Part shown: positions 49,033 to 62,680 of the stretch, in pieces
How the letters are laid out: every line of letters starts with the position of its first letter
Numbering within the stretch: position 1 is the stretch's first letter
Assembly: GCF_018350175.1 (NCBI RefSeq)
Contig: NC_058368.1
Coordinates: 48,362,001-48,426,000 of the forward strand
Direction: 5' to 3'
DNA: 64,000 nt
Origin: Felis catus
Lineage: Eukaryota
The notes under the pieces: generated by a model
Told to the model about the DNA's origin: nothing
What the model saw: the letters and a program-made list of their open reading frames with translations, nothing else
Database searches by the model: none
Position numbers and translations under genes: made by a program

Positions 49033-50559
49033 CAATAAAAACGGGGAGGAAGACAGTGAAGTGTTTTAATTAGCTTAAATGTACTTGACAATGAACCATT
49101 TAAAAAGAATATCCTTTTATCAAGTGCCAACATCAGAGATGCTAGCCAAAGCAAAAAGTTACTAATGCTATTAATTTTGTTGCTTTTCTTCCCTCTGAGA
49201 ATCATAATGAAGATCAGTGAGGGCAGACTACTCAGATATGGTAGGAGTTCAACAGTCACGTGCATGCACCAATTCTCAAAGGACTGACACTGAGAAACAC
49301 AGGTACGTCTCCTTAAAATAGTCATCTCCTTCCCTCACCCCCCACCCTACCCTTTCTCACTCACTGTTACTGAGTTACTATACAGGTTTCCGCCACTATC
49401 AGAAAGTAGAACATTCTCCTATGAAACCTTTGGTAAGACAAAATGGTGTAGAGCGAAGAATGACCAGTAAATTTTATGGAAAAGTTTTTGAGCATTCCCA
49501 GACCCCCAAAATAACCTCTCTTAGGCCTTTGTGATGCCTTAGGGCATGTCTTGCTAACAAAGGCACACAATCAATGGAGATAAAGCACAGCTGTTCACAG
49601 ACACAGCTCAAAGCTCTGAAAGCTTGGTGCTGAGATGCTGAGTGTGGTTCCCAGGGAGGGAGCCTGGTGGAGCTGCTCTCGCAGCTGAAGAGTACTGGGG
49701 GGAAAAAAAACCCAACAACAATACTGAACACCATTTTTGCTTTCCACCGGTTTTTTGTGAAGATGAAAATCCTCTTTGGATTCCTTTCAGTTAGCAAAAA
49801 CAGGTGCTAACATAGGTCTTTCATAAAAGCAAAGTGGCATAATGGGAACTTTTGAAAGCAGGGGATGCCTGTATCTAGATCCTTATTCTTCTAGTTTAAG
49901 GTCTGTTCCTGGTTATGCTGAAATTTCTCTCAGGAGATGTTCTAATTCATTTACACTTTAGTCTGAACAAAGTTGATTATCCTACTCCCAGTAACAAATG
50001 AGGGGTATGAATGTTTGGAATTAGAGAAAAAGAAAAAAAGGGGGTACAGAAATTAGAGGGTCTGGGTAACACAGCCAAACTGTACCTATTTAAAAATATC
50101 ATTGTTTTGCCTGGGGTTAGAGTTAATTACAATAATTTGCTCTAATCATGCGCCTGTACTTCTCTTTTTCCAAACACTTATTTCATAATTACGTTTGTCA
50201 AGTTGTTAAGGGTAACAACCCTATTTTACCATCCGAGGAAAAAAACAAAACAGATGTTCTATGAATTGCTGGAAGTTAGTTTTGTCACAATTACTGAACA
50301 CATGGTTTCTGACTTGGACAGTATCTCCGCAATTAAAATGAGAAAAGGGCAGAGCCTGCCTGTGGGCCTCTCTGTGGCTTTTACCAATGTATCTGAATTT
50401 GCTGGTCCTAAGCTGATAAATGGCAATCAAATGAACCAATGAAGGTGGTAGAAATGATAAGTTCAAGCGCAGTTCTCGAACTATACACACTGAAGTAAGC
50501 TCACTTTCCGCTCTAATCCCAAGCAATGCTTTTTTATCTACAGACAGGAATATCTGAAT

Positions 50560-50785
50560 TTTTTTTTTTAATTTTTTTTTTCAACGTTTATTTATTTTTG
50601 GGACAGAGAGAGACAGAGCATGTACGGGGGAGGGGCAGAGAGAGAGGGAGACACAGAATGGGAAACAGGCTCCAGGTTCTGAGCCATCAGCCCAGAGCCC
50701 GACGCGGGGCTCGAACTCACGGACCGCGAGATCGTGACCTGGCTGAAGTCGGACGCTTAACCGACTGCGCCACCCAGGCGCCCCC
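50560..50785 (-). mobile_element. Young CanSINE (SINEC_Fc1-like)
   Basis: Nearly all CpGs intact; TSD ggaatatctgaat (50547-50559 / 50786-50798). Confidence 0.97.
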
Positions 50786-52759
50786 GGAATATCTGAATAT
50801 TTAGAGAGGAGGATGCAATTCTGGCTAACAACTGCATTTCAAAGCAAAGGAAACCTTTCTTAAACTGAAGATTTAAAAGTTCATTCTACAAACCAGTAAA
50901 ATGCAGAATACCAGACATTAGGAAAACATTTATTAGTATATTAAGGTTTATGCTGTTGTAGATATACAGCGTCAATAAAGTAAGGCACCATATTGAAAAC
51001 TCAAACTGTGATGATTATGGCATGAGGCAAGACTATGAACCTGAATGGGAAGGGAGAGAAAGAGGAGCATCTGTTGGAGGTGTTTACCCTGTGGGTTACC
51101 ATCCTGTAAGGACTGCTCAAGGACAAGGCAGTTTCATCCATTTCTAGTGTCAACCTTCCCTAATACCTTCCTTTCTCATCCTTTGCCTTCTCTTTCTTGA
51201 TTGACAAGAAATTCATTGGCACCACTGCATTGGTGGCCAATGAATTAAGAGGCCAGCCTTTGAATCCTCTTAAATCATGACTCCTTTTGCCTTTGATTGG
51301 AAAGTCAAATGTGTACTGGTTGCCCAAGAATTTATAATATGCGATCTCTAATAAACATAAGTCTTTCATTTTGTTGTCTCTCTACCTGTAGACATGCTTC
51401 TCAATATGACTCTCCCAACAAAGTTTTGCAAGCACAGGAAATAGGTCAGCTGGTGTCTTCTGGAATCCTCTCATCTCACATATGCCAATCTGATGTTTTA
51501 GACTTTTATTATTTAACATGTTATTTTATTGATCATAGTACACTGAAATCTTTGCTTGTTTGACAGCTTTTGAGTTAATAACTGATAGCTTCTGAGAAGG
51601 CATCAAGATCCAAAGGCAAAACAGAAAGAGAGAAAACAGAAAATAAACGACAGCAACATGCATTAAAGAATCAAGGAGAAACTAAGAGAGGAGCAGAAAG
51701 ATGTGCTTATGACTGTACACACTGAAAGTGAACTTTAGGTAAACCTAAGTACAGATTTTTTAAAAGTGTCTAACAAGGATTATATATTTATTTGTCCCAG
51801 AATAAAATTGTTCTCAGTATATTACTGTAAGTTTTGAAATACACCCGTATTTAAGAGGTCTCTACAGAGCACACTTTGTGCTTCCTCTAACACTTTCTTT
51901 GTACTTCCTGGTGTTTACACACACATACTCCGTCTTGAACGATGGTTAATTAACTATTGATGGGTCCTGGCATTCTAGGGCTTCCCAGGTGACGGCTCCG
52001 TATTCTTTACTAATCGTTTAATGAAAACACTTACATGAATAATGAATCTGGCATTTCCCTAGATACACATGCAACTTTTGTAATAGTAATAAAGGCAGGC
52101 ATATGCAGTTAAACAAGATACTGTGGCTTGAAAATGTTTTCACAAATCAAGTCAGAGAGGTTATGCTGAAAATGAAGCTCCAGGTTTTGAAGCTGCTGTT
52201 AAATTTTCACATTAAAATATGCTATATGTTATAAGCTCATAATATTAAAAGAAACAGTTATACGTGACAAGTTAATACCGTTATTTGTTAAGTCCTTAAT
52301 AAAGTAGGCACAATTGAGATCTTCATAATCATAGTTCCGAACTTCAAAGTTTGAATTAAAAGCAACATACCCACATCTATAAACACACGTACACACAAAC
52401 TATACAATGTCTCATAATGACGCAGGAAAACGATATGATTAAAATGTCTATGAAACCTACTGTTCACCTTAGAATTGAAACTTGTCATTATTTAGTCCAA
52501 TTTTAGACATGGATCTTAAGACTTAGATTACACAAACCAGGCCTGATCACTGATTTAGTGGTGACTAAGCATGCCACCATTTTAAACAGGATTTCATCAA
52601 CCCCTTTGATTCAATACCAATCTTGGCTCAAATGAACATTTGCTTTGGAGAAACTAAGTGACTACAACCAGTTATTTGAACACATGAGTGAAAAAAAGTT
52701 TTTTTATAGGAGTTGAAATGCAAGAATATCATTGGAAACAAACATTACAAGTACTCTTA

Positions 52760-52900
52760 GAAAAAGATCCATTTTTGGAGTCAGAAGTCCAAAACTTTGC
52801 CTTGTTACTATTTATCAGATGACTCTGTAGGGGTCATTTAACTTCTCGGATCCTGAGTGCCTTCATTTGTACAATTAGAATAACAGTATTTGCAACATTT
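52760..52900 (+). mobile_element. MIR fragment
   Basis: 'tttggagtcagaag...gtcatttaacttctcggatcctgagtgccttcatttgtacaatt'. Confidence 0.6.
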
Positions 52901-52965
52901 TAATTTCCTAGTTGTCGTATACTATACACTATTACTATTACCATCGATAATTATATTCCTAATTC

Positions 52966-53232
52966 CATAATTAACTGAACAGCCCTCTATGTGCCAAAAC
53001 TTTATGGCTCAGTTTTTATATAACTTTTATATAACTTTATATATATTTTTATATCACATCCTCACAATGGTCCTATAAGGTAAGTGCTCTGATTTTTTAT
53101 ACAGATGAAGAAACATCTCAGAGTGGTTAAATAACTTGCCAAAAGCCACACAACTATTAAGAGCTTAAATATAAATTTGAATTCAGGTCTTTGACTCCAA
53201 ATTTCATTTTAGATCCACTATATCCTGTTTCC
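52966..53232 (-). mobile_element. MIR
   Basis: 'tatgtgcca', 'atcctcacaatggtcctataaggtaag', 'tacagatgaagaaac...ggttaaataacttgcc', 'tttgaattcaggtctttgactccaaa'. Confidence 0.8.
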
Positions 53233-53360
53233 CCTAATATACCATATATATTTGTGTATATGCAAACATATATAATACAAACATATAATATGTATTACCT
53301 ATAGAACACAGAAACATATTATTCATTTTACATATACACATGTTTTCAATTCTAAAATGC

Positions 53361-53367
<7 letters not shown>

Positions 53368-53399
<32 letters not shown>
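53368..53399 (+). repeat. (TG)n microsatellite (~16 units)
   Basis: Direct reading. Confidence 0.95.
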
Positions 53400-53401
<2 letters not shown>

Positions 53402-53723
53402 AAGATTACAAAGACTAAGGTATGGAGCAGGGTCAGTACTTAGTCAATATTTGGGAAAAGGAATTAAAATATGGGAAGCGACTAAGATCATTTTGAGTGA
53501 ACTGTTAATCATGTATCAGCAATAACAGAGGCTATTTAAATCCCATTCTTATGTAAGATTATGTTTTTAAAATTATTCTATAGAAAAAAATATACAAAGA
53601 CTGGTCATAGGTTCAATTCTAGATACAGAATTACCAATGATGGAAAAGCAACTATCTTCCATAAGCAAGGGATGAAACCTAACTTTATGGTCTAGATAAA
53701 CGAAGAGAGACAAGATCTCTTTA

Positions 53724-53961
53724 GGGGCGCCTGGGTGGCTCAGTCGGTAAAGCATCCAACTCTTGATTTTGGCTCCGGTCATGATCTCACAGTTCATGGG
53801 ATCGAGCCCCCCCATCGGGCTCTGTGCTGACAGCACGGAGCCTGCTTGGAATTTTCTCTCCACCCCGCCCCACCCCCGTTCCTCCCCAACTCAAGCGTGT
53901 GCACGCCTGTGCTCTCTCTCACTCTCTCTCAAAATAAATAAATACAATTTTTTTTAAAAAA
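53724..53961 (+). mobile_element. CanSINE (older type)
   Basis: 17-bp TSD gagacaagatctcttta (53707-53723 / 53964-53980). Confidence 0.96.
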
Positions 53962-55710
53962 TGGAGACAAGATCTCTTTAAAAATTACATATGATTCTGA
54001 ATTTTCAAAGCGATGAAACATCGTCTTCCATATTTAAAATTTCAAAAAAGCTATTCTGTACTTTCCTATCAAAACAAGATACATAATACTTGCCATATTT
54101 TATTTCTCTTGACTGTTGTGTGTGAATAGTAACAATGATGATGATAACTGACATTCAAAAAGAACAATATATTTTTTTCTAGAGTTAAGGAGAAGAGGTT
54201 AGAGATATTAGGAAAGATGCACAGAAGTCTCATTTCTAATACAAGCACACATTTTCAGCTATGTAAAATACTCCATGCTTTCCCCTAATCTGCTCCCGAA
54301 GAACGTCAGGCCGGATGCAAGGGTGCTGACACGTGTGCCCATTCAGAGCTAGAATGACAAGCCCTGGGACCAGAGATGCTGCTGCTTCCATTTACCCACT
54401 GAATACCGTGGCAATTCTTAGTTCATCCTGAGAATGTGGTACTTACTCTTGTACTGCTCTGGCTATGGAAAGGGCCGTAGATCCAGTCTCATTAACGCTA
54501 TCTAAGGTCACATTTGGCAGGTCATCATCGTCACTGTCACTTTTACTTTGTCTGGGAGATAGGCCTCGGGGGTCCATTTGTGCTGGGAAAAAAAGGCATA
54601 TATAATGAATTAAAATTAGCGTGCAGAAAGATAACCTTGTCCTGGACCAACATCAAGCACGGCATGTCTCGTCTGTGCCTATCGCGCACATGGAACTCTC
54701 TAGAAATCCCAGGAATTAGTGAAAGTGGTGCATTTAATGGACTGAGCGCTCACTGACTTTTCCCTTGTTCACTTGATTTACAAAACCTCCATCAGCTCTC
54801 AACAGTTTCAGGGGATGACTACAGAACAGAAACTATAAAATCCACAATACTATTAACTCCTGAGTGGTCAGAAGCTGATTAGGTAGCTCATCAGTTACTG
54901 TGCAACCCCCTGGCTCTTCCTTCTTGCTTCTGCTGCCAGAGTTCAGGCCATTTCACTGCTCGTTAGCACGTTCCCTGGAAGGTGGGGAGCACAGATTTTA
55001 CCTGCCTATATAGCTCTCTTAATAAGCCTAAAGAAGAGCAAGGTTTACAAGACTAAAAGTTGTAGGTATTTCTCATACTTCAGTGAATACTGTCTCACAG
55101 TTCATTACTGCTCTAAGTGGAGATCTGAGTGCCCCCAAATGACAGAAGTAGCAGCATTTTAAGTGTATGTTTTATGTGCCAAAAAGTGTTCGTCTCCACA
55201 CTGATTTCATTTTTCAGAAAGGCATTTCCAGATAGGATTCTCCTCCCACCGTGACCTTGCCAGCAAAGCAAGAAATAGCCCTATGTTCTGTGACCCCTGC
55301 TGACCGGGACCATCAGATCCTTTCAAATGAGAGGATTACCATCAGCATTTAGTATGTGAATGCATATTTTTAAAAGTTAGATTTCATTTCCACTTCCTCC
55401 TCTCTATGAACAACCTTAGCATCCACCACTGTCTAGGATTTCCATCAGCTCTCACCTCAAGCACAAAATAAGCACACCTTCTAAATTAAAAGTATTGGAC
55501 TAGCTACACAACTGCATTATTAAAATACATGACTTCAGCCCCAGCCAGCTGCAGCCAGACTTCTGCTCTTCAAACCTGCCTGCAAGAGATTTCTAAAACC
55601 ACCACTGCTCGCAAAGAAAAACAAAATGAACTTCACATCATGGTTACAGTGACATCTTTTTACAATTTCTTTTTTTCTTAAATCATTTTTTTTGTATTGT
55701 AAATTGTACG

Positions 55711-55789
55711 TTAGGTAGAACCACTGGGAAATGTTGATATTTCACCATTTTTTACCCACAAGAAGACCATTTCTTGTGAGTCTACTTAA
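55711..55789. mobile_element. MADE2-like mariner MITE
   Basis: ~80 bp 'ttaggtagaacc...gatatttcaccattttttacccacaa...atttcttgtgagtctacttaa' with decayed terminal inverted repeats and TA on the right flank. Confidence 0.6.
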
Positions 55790-56004
55790 TACTTACAATA
55801 TGAATAGAAAAACCTAGAGAGTTTCAACATAATTCTAACTAAACTTGGCTAGGAAGGAGCTTACATCTGTTAAATCCATTACCCTAGTGTATGTGACATA
55901 CATTCTGCCTGTAAATATAAACACACCAGAATATATTCTGAACAAAGGAAGGGCTTGGTAAATGTTTGTTGAAAGAGAAAATAATCAATTCAAACAATCT
56001 AAAG

Positions 56005-56227
56005 CAGTGGTCCTCAACCAAGGACAAAACTGCCCCCCATTCCCCCTAAGAGACATTTGGCAATGTCTGGCTTGTCACATTCTGATTTGTCACGACTTAA
56101 GGGGAAGGGGACCTAGTGGGCAAAAGTCAAGGACGGTGCTAGATACGCTACAATACACAGGTCAGTCCCCCATGACAGAGAATTATCCAGTCGAAAACGC
56201 CAATAGCACGCAAATTGAGAAACTCTG
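56005..56227 (+). mobile_element. MER20 (hAT-Charlie) DNA transposon
   Basis: 'cagtggtcctcaacc...gacatttggcaatgtctgg...agaattatccag...ttgagaaactctg'; 8-bp TSD atctaaag / atccagag. Confidence 0.88.
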
Positions 56228-56247
56228 ATCCAGAGATTTAAGAGTTT

Positions 56248-56457
56248 GGGTGCCTGGGTGACTCAGTCCGTTACGCGTCCGACTCTTGGTTTCGGCTCAG
56301 GTCATCACGGTTGCTGGGATCGAGCCCCGAGCCCTGTGTTGGGCTCTGTGCTGACAGTGTGGAGACTGCCTGGGATTCTCTCTCCCTCTCTTTCTGTCCC
56401 TCCCAGTCCCCCCTCCTCTCTAAGTCAAAATAAATAAACAAACATTTACAAAAAAAC
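56248..56457 (+). mobile_element. CanSINE (older type)
   Basis: 'gggtgcctgggtgactcagtccgttacgcgtccgactcttggtttcggctcaggtca', aataaataaa tail. Confidence 0.93.
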
Positions 56458-58138
56458 TTTGGATGTATAAAAGTGTCACATCTTATGACTTCTGGTTGTA
56501 TAACTACATTGTAATTTCAAAGCCACTATCCAATGAAGTACACTATATGTTGGATTATTCATAGTTTCTAGTCCTGTCCTCAAATTAATCAAGTCACGGT
56601 CATGTGACTCAGCACTCACAACTTCTCCAAATGCAGTATTCAGTTTCTCAAATGCCAGGAGTCATGCAGTGACACTCATCAAGAGTCATTGTTTTCTTTG
56701 TATGATACACAGTGGGACAAAAACACTGTTTATTTTCCATCTGATCTCTAAAGAAGATCCCCTAAATGAAGGATGTTGGGGAAACTCTTCAGGGAGGAAA
56801 GTAACCAGTTGCACAAGCATCTGACAACAGAGAGCCACCTAAGCATTCAGTCACTCCGAAGGCACTGAAAGCACCGAATCATTTAAGATTTATTTTGACT
56901 GAAGGCAGCAGAAACTGACTCAGGCCAACCTATATTAAACAGAATGCACTGGAAAGCCACTGAGCAGCTCACAGAATGGAAGGTAAGGAGGTAAAGATGA
57001 ACAGCTATCACTCAAGCAGCACAGCACACAGGAATGATATAGGCATTTCAACAGGAATTCATAGACAGCGTCTTTTTGGGCAGCCCTAGAGTAGAATGAT
57101 TCATTTGACAGTCATTCATGACTACTCAAATTGAGCCAAGAAAATGAGTATCAGATCTATCTAGGCTTCCAAATCACATATTGTGTGGTGTTACATATGC
57201 CTGTAAATGTCAGCAACTTAACATTTAAAGTTGTTGAAACATCATCTTGCCTGTGCCAAGATACCAAATTAACAAACAGCTAAAGAACAGAGAATATCCT
57301 GGTGGTCCCATTTTGCCCAAGAGAACTAGAGCCTCCGTGGAGAAGTAATACAACTCAGGGAAGACACGGGCAGTTCACCAATAAGCTCTCTGGCTCTGAC
57401 AGCCTAACTGTAATAATGATTCCAGACAACTGGTGTGAGAGTTGATCGTCTCAATTATGTTATGTTTATAACTTAATGAAAGTTTAAAATATGTTAAACA
57501 TGGTATCTCTTTTGATGTACTTTTCAGGAACATCATAATTGAGGATTTCTTTCCAATATTTTCAATAAATATTATGAAATACATCTGCTACCATCATGCT
57601 GGGAAACTCTTTTTTACCCATACCTTCAGCCAAGCTGAGGAAGTAATTAGAAAGGCTTTTTAAAATCTGCATTGCTGATTAGGTCAGATGATTAGCTTAT
57701 CTACATACTTGCATAATTCTACTCTATTTTTATGAAACGTGGGATAGGAACATCTACCCTAGTTCACCTCTATTAGTCTTCCAGTTCCTCAGCTCATTTC
57801 AGAAGCACAGATTCTCTGAGGCACCCATTCAGAGAAAACGGAAAAGGTACCTGGGCACCAGAACTAAAAACGCATCTACTCCTCTAAGTAAGAGAGCAGC
57901 AAATCAACTATAAACATCTGAAAATGATTTACATTTGAGATTTTGTTCCTTTTCGGTGATAAAGGGATCATACAGCTTTGGGTATCCCAGCTCATTGTTG
58001 ATGGTGGCGTCATTGCTGAGTTGGAGGTGCTGTGGAATAGGGTGTGAGTTTCATACCATGTGACAAATCCCCAAGAAGGAAACCTCAGAACCCTAACACC
58101 TGTGGTTGAACATATTCACTCTAATTTTCTAATATGCA

Positions 58139-58629
58139 TGTACAATAAACTATTCCTGTAAAGATCCTCCCAATAAATCATGTCTCCATATATCCATGCC
58201 CTTGTGTGGCTGCTTCCCATAATGACTCCAGACTTGGCTATATGACTTGACGTGGCCAAAGGAATATTAGCAAACACGACACAAAGCAAAAGCTTGTAAA
58301 GCACTTGCATATTGGGTTTCCCCTGGATCTGTTACTGTTTTTAGAACCTAGCCACCATGTGAAGGAACCCAAGAAAGCCTAAAATACACGCTGTTCAGCT
58401 GGAAGCCAACACCACCTGAGGTAAGTGACTCATTTTAGAATGACTGGTGACTTTCCAGCCACCAGATGATTGTAGCCATGAGTGACCCCGGTAAAACTAG
58501 CATGAGAACCGCCTGGCTAAACTCATCCCCAATTTTTGACTCACAGGATGGTAAGCAAATAAAATAGTGGCTGTATCAATTTAGCAGATTTGGGGGTGCT
58601 CTGTTATATGTCAATACAAAATCAATGCA
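58139..58629 (+). mobile_element. MaLR LTR (MLT1G/H-like)
   Basis: 'atccatgcccttgtgt', 'gacttggctatatgacttg', 'gccaccatgtga', 'gtaagcaaataaaatagtggctgt', 'tttgggggtgctctgttat'. Confidence 0.78.
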
Positions 58630-59759
58630 CTCTCCCAGATTATTCCAGAGGTTTCCGGGCAATGATGTGGAATGATGTGTAACTATGATTACAGTGAGCC
58701 CATCACACTCCTCTCTAATCTCCTCCCAGGAGGCAACCCAGACTTAAGCAGCATAAACTTAAGTCGGCTATTAATAGAAGTATGGAAAATAAAAGTCACA
58801 TATTCTGTATTATTTACTTCTCAACCCAAAATATTCAAAATGTATTTACAGTTACTTTGGCTTTAGAGGTATCTTTGAGTCTTGACCTGCCTCAGGCAAG
58901 ATTCTACTGGAAGGGTCCATCAGTTGGTATTACCATTCGGGTGAACAAAGCTTTTCTATCCCTTTTCTCAACCTCCTAGTGATAGGAGGGTCATATGGGT
59001 AGATCGTCCCAAGTAAGTGGCTAGCCAAAGCTAGTTTCATACGTTTACCTCTCTTCAAGTCACATGGGGCACTTGAACTTCATTTCCCCTCCCAGTAACA
59101 GTAAACTGACATAGACACAGAGACACCAATGTCCATTCTCACCTCCCCCACCTCAGCTTAGGTGTGGACAAAAGATTGAATGCTCTATCTTAAGCGGAAA
59201 TAAATTGGCCCATTCAGCTATTCTTCAAGGAAAGGAAGTTCTTCCATATGGCACCATATTAAATGCAAACAATACAACAATCTATGAACATACACTGAAA
59301 CTTTAAGACTAACATGTCCTAAAAGTGACTCACAGAAGGATTTATTCAATCCCTTTCGGCTTGGCCTGCCCAGGCTGAAGGACAGGGGACACCCGCAGAG
59401 GGAAGGGCAGGAGGCAGCTGGTGAGCAGAGGCTGTGGCGCTGCCAGCCTTTCCTTCCCCCTCTCTCAGCCACTGCTAGGCTGCCTGGTGCCTGCAGAAGC
59501 CCTCGCTGTTCATCCTTCCAAGGCTGAAGCATGTCCCAGTTAGAGAATCACTGGCTTCCACAAGCGCTGCTGCTTTCTGCTCGAAAGAAGGGAGTGGGAG
59601 AATGGGGAGTATTGAGGGGAGGAAAATGAACACATGGTGGTCAGGGGGGAATGTACAGAGGGAACACTCAGAGCATTATAGGCTAAAAGAGTCCTCTTGC
59701 ACCACATTCTATGCAGGAATTGCTCTAAGAAGGACAGCTGCAGTGTTTCTTTAGATAAA

Positions 59760-59935
59760 AACAGAGCTCTGGCTTCAGAGAACATGGGTGAGACTTCTGG
59801 CCCCATCACTGGCAGCCTTCTGATGTTGGGTGATAGATTTCCCACCCTCTTAAACTCAGTTTCCTCCTTGCCAGTGCTGATGTGCCAGTAAATGAGATGA
59901 TGCATGCAAAGCACTTGTTACCCTGCCTGGAATTT
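59760..59935 (+). mobile_element. MIR fragment
   Basis: 'ctcagtttcctc', 'taaatgagatgatgcatgcaaagcactt...tgcctgg'. Confidence 0.65.
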
Positions 59936-59958
59936 GGTAGCACGTTACCATTCTGCTG

Positions 59959-60170
59959 TTTTTTAAAAATTTTTATGTTTTTATTTATTTTTGAGAAAAA
60001 GCAAGCAGGGGAGGGGCAGAGAGAGAGGGAGACAGAGAATCCCAAGGAGGCTTGGGGCCATCAGTGTAAAGCTCTATGCGGGGCTCAAACTCACGAACCA
60101 CAAGATTGTGACCTGAGCAGAAACCAAGAGCTGGGTGAACACTCAACTGACTGAGCCACCCAGGCGCTCC
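59959..60170 (-). mobile_element. CanSINE (older type)
   Basis: Reverse head 'ctgagccacccaggcgctcc', 'gggagacagagaatcccaag'. Confidence 0.93.
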
Positions 60171-60374
60171 AGCATCACTCTGTTTTACCCTGGCCGTCAC
60201 CGTAGCGCTTCTCCAACCACCCCTTATATGACACTACCGCTAAATCCCTTCCCATCTCCTGGGCTGTTTGAAGTAAGCAGTTTTCTTTTGAAATGTACCT
60301 AAACTGAAAGTACCATCACAGAGGCAGAGTACATATTGGATAATATATAAAACCACTACTTCTCTTGATCCAAA

Positions 60375-60950
60375 CATTCATTTATATATTCAGCCAACGG
60401 ATATTTATTGGACACCTATGAGAAATCAAGCAGTCTTTTGGGTGCTGTGGAGAGAGCAGCGAACAAGGCAGATAAAAATTCATGCTTTCACCCTGGGGGG
60501 GAGACAGACAATAAAAAATAAACAAGAAAAACATATACTCAGTCAGATAATGATAAGTGCCATGGAGGAAAAATAAAGTAGGCAAGAGGGGGTGAGGGGG
60601 CTAGAGGCTGCTGAGAGGTAGGTGGACAGTCTTAGAGAGGGTGGCCCGGAAGGCCTCATGGAGAGAATGGCAGCTGACCAAGGACCTGCAGGAGTTGAGG
60701 GGAGGCTAGCAGATAGAGACTGGAGAGGGAACGCAGCGCGTTCCAGGCAGAGCAAGCAACAGGTGCAAGAACTCAAAGGTGGGAAAGTGTGTTACGTGCC
60801 AAAGGACCCACAAGGAGGTTTATTCCATTGCTCAAGCTGAAAAAGGGGTGAGGACAGACAGATGAAGAAATGCACAGCCCATGTCAAGATTCTGGGTTTT
60901 GCTGTGACTGGGAAGGGAAGCCATTTGGTAAGAATCACCCTGGCTATTGC
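60375..60950 (-). mobile_element. L2a-like 3' fragment
   Basis: 'atatttattggacaccta', 'gaacaaggcagataaaaattc', 'ggggagacagacaataaa', 'gataagtgccatggaggaaaaataaag', 'ttccaggcagag'. Confidence 0.85.
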
Positions 60951-61734
60951 ACCTGGAGCACAGGGGGACATCCAACCAGGGGTACAGGCGTAAGAGTCAT
61001 CCAGTGACCTTAACATTCTCTGAAAACCTCGCCAGCTTTTTTTCTCTTTGGCCACTTCATGCTGGCTGCACATAGAGCACTCAACAAAAACTCAGGACTT
61101 CATTACCTGAAGGCCTACGAGGTATGCTTTTCCTAATATGTTTGTCCGACTGCTATCCTGACCTCATTTGCTTTCAGAATACCCACTGTTCAAATAGATG
61201 CCTGATCTTTCTAGCAGGTCAAGATATACGATGAGAGAAGAATTCATTAGTATATAAAGCTTAACTTCAAGTACGGTGAACTCCAAGACCAGAACCAGCT
61301 CTCCAGGGTCCCATGTTACTTACCGAAGTTTTGATTAAAATCTCTTTCTTGTTTTCTTTACTTTTGCTATTGCTAACGAACTGGTATGCCTCTACACAGT
61401 GGCAACTGTGATTGTCTACATCACCCCAAATGAAGATTTGAAAACATAATCAATTATGTAAATTCTAGAATGTTGGCACTATGTAGATACAGTATGAAAT
61501 TTATTCATTTTTTTTTTCTCAATTCCTATCTGTGCACTTGACAGAGTAACGGCTTCTGCTCCCATTATATTAAAAAAAATAACCTCATAATGTTGTTATA
61601 ATTCTCTAGTTGCAAGTACCACTTCTCAGTTATGATGCCACTGGACCTCTCTACAGCTCTCAAGACTGTCGATTATTGCTCTTCATTTTCACTCTCAGCC
61701 TCTTAAAATTCTTTCCTCCCTTGGTTTCATGATG

Positions 61735-61920
61735 GGCACATTTAAGTCCTGTAGGTCTTGTCACTGTGTTTGTAAATAAAGTTTTATTAAATCATGCTCA
61801 TTTACTTGATCTCTGCCTGCTTTAGTGACTCGATGGCCGAGTTGAGTAACCGTCACAGACACTCACATGGTACACCATAAAATACCATCTGGCTTTTCCG
61901 AGAAAGTATAATAAATACTT
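61735..61920 (+). mobile_element. MER58A-like (hAT-Charlie) relic
   Basis: 'tttgtaaataaagttttatt', 'ctgctttagtgactcgatggccgagttgagta', 'atctggcttttccgagaaagt'. Confidence 0.65.
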
Positions 61921-62099
61921 TTATTGACTCTATTGTACACTCATTTTCTTGAGGCAGTCAGTTCCTCCCCCCCCCCCACATCCCTCTTTCCCTCCACACC
62001 TCCCCCTCTTTCTTTTACCTTCCTCTTCATCTCCTCTTTCTGCATACATCCAAATGCTCATTTTCCCCCGGAGTTTCCACTACCTACCCTCTTCTGCCT

Positions 62100-62680
62100 C
62101 TCTTTATGGGCGAGCTTCTTATTAATTCCCCACAATTCCATACTTCCTACAATCTCAGTGACTATCTCCGAGGAAATGAATACCAAATTCGCGTTCCCAC
62201 CTCTGATCCTTCCCCTAAATTCCAGTCTTCTATTTTTGGCATCCTACTTCCACCTGATTATTCCAGTCATTTCAGACTAAGTGCTATTCTTCTTTAGAGT
62301 CTTGATTTTACCCATCATTCCCTTGGTCACCCAGGTTCAAAACTCTCATTCATTTGTACTCCTTTAAGGCAACTAATTGCTACTGCTTTTACCCCTAAAT
62401 TTTTCTGGAACTGCTTCCTTCCCTTTCGTACTCCTTCCCAATGAACTTTCTCAAGGTACCGCTATATACGTAAGTCTCATAGAGCATTTTTCCAGTAACT
62501 GAATGGATGCAGGGCTTTCCTCAAAAGATTCCCTATTTAAAAACCTTGAATTTTCCCACGATCTAACAAATACAGTTCAAGAGCCCTCCCCAATTATTCC
62601 ACAATTCATTTTTCATTTGGAACTCTGATGAATCTTATCCTCAAGGCTCCTTCCTTAATCAGCTGTATCTGGCTATTCCC
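62100..62680 (+). mobile_element. Diverged L2 fragment
   Basis: 'tgggcgagcttcttattaattccccac', 'tcatttcagactaag', 'gtcacccaggttcaaaactc'. Confidence 0.45.

Noticed and set aside
51392..51444. Possible 53-nt plus-strand exon after a good polypyrimidine tract
   Set aside because: Weak donor (gtcagc) and unrecognisable peptide; indistinguishable from a pseudo-exon.
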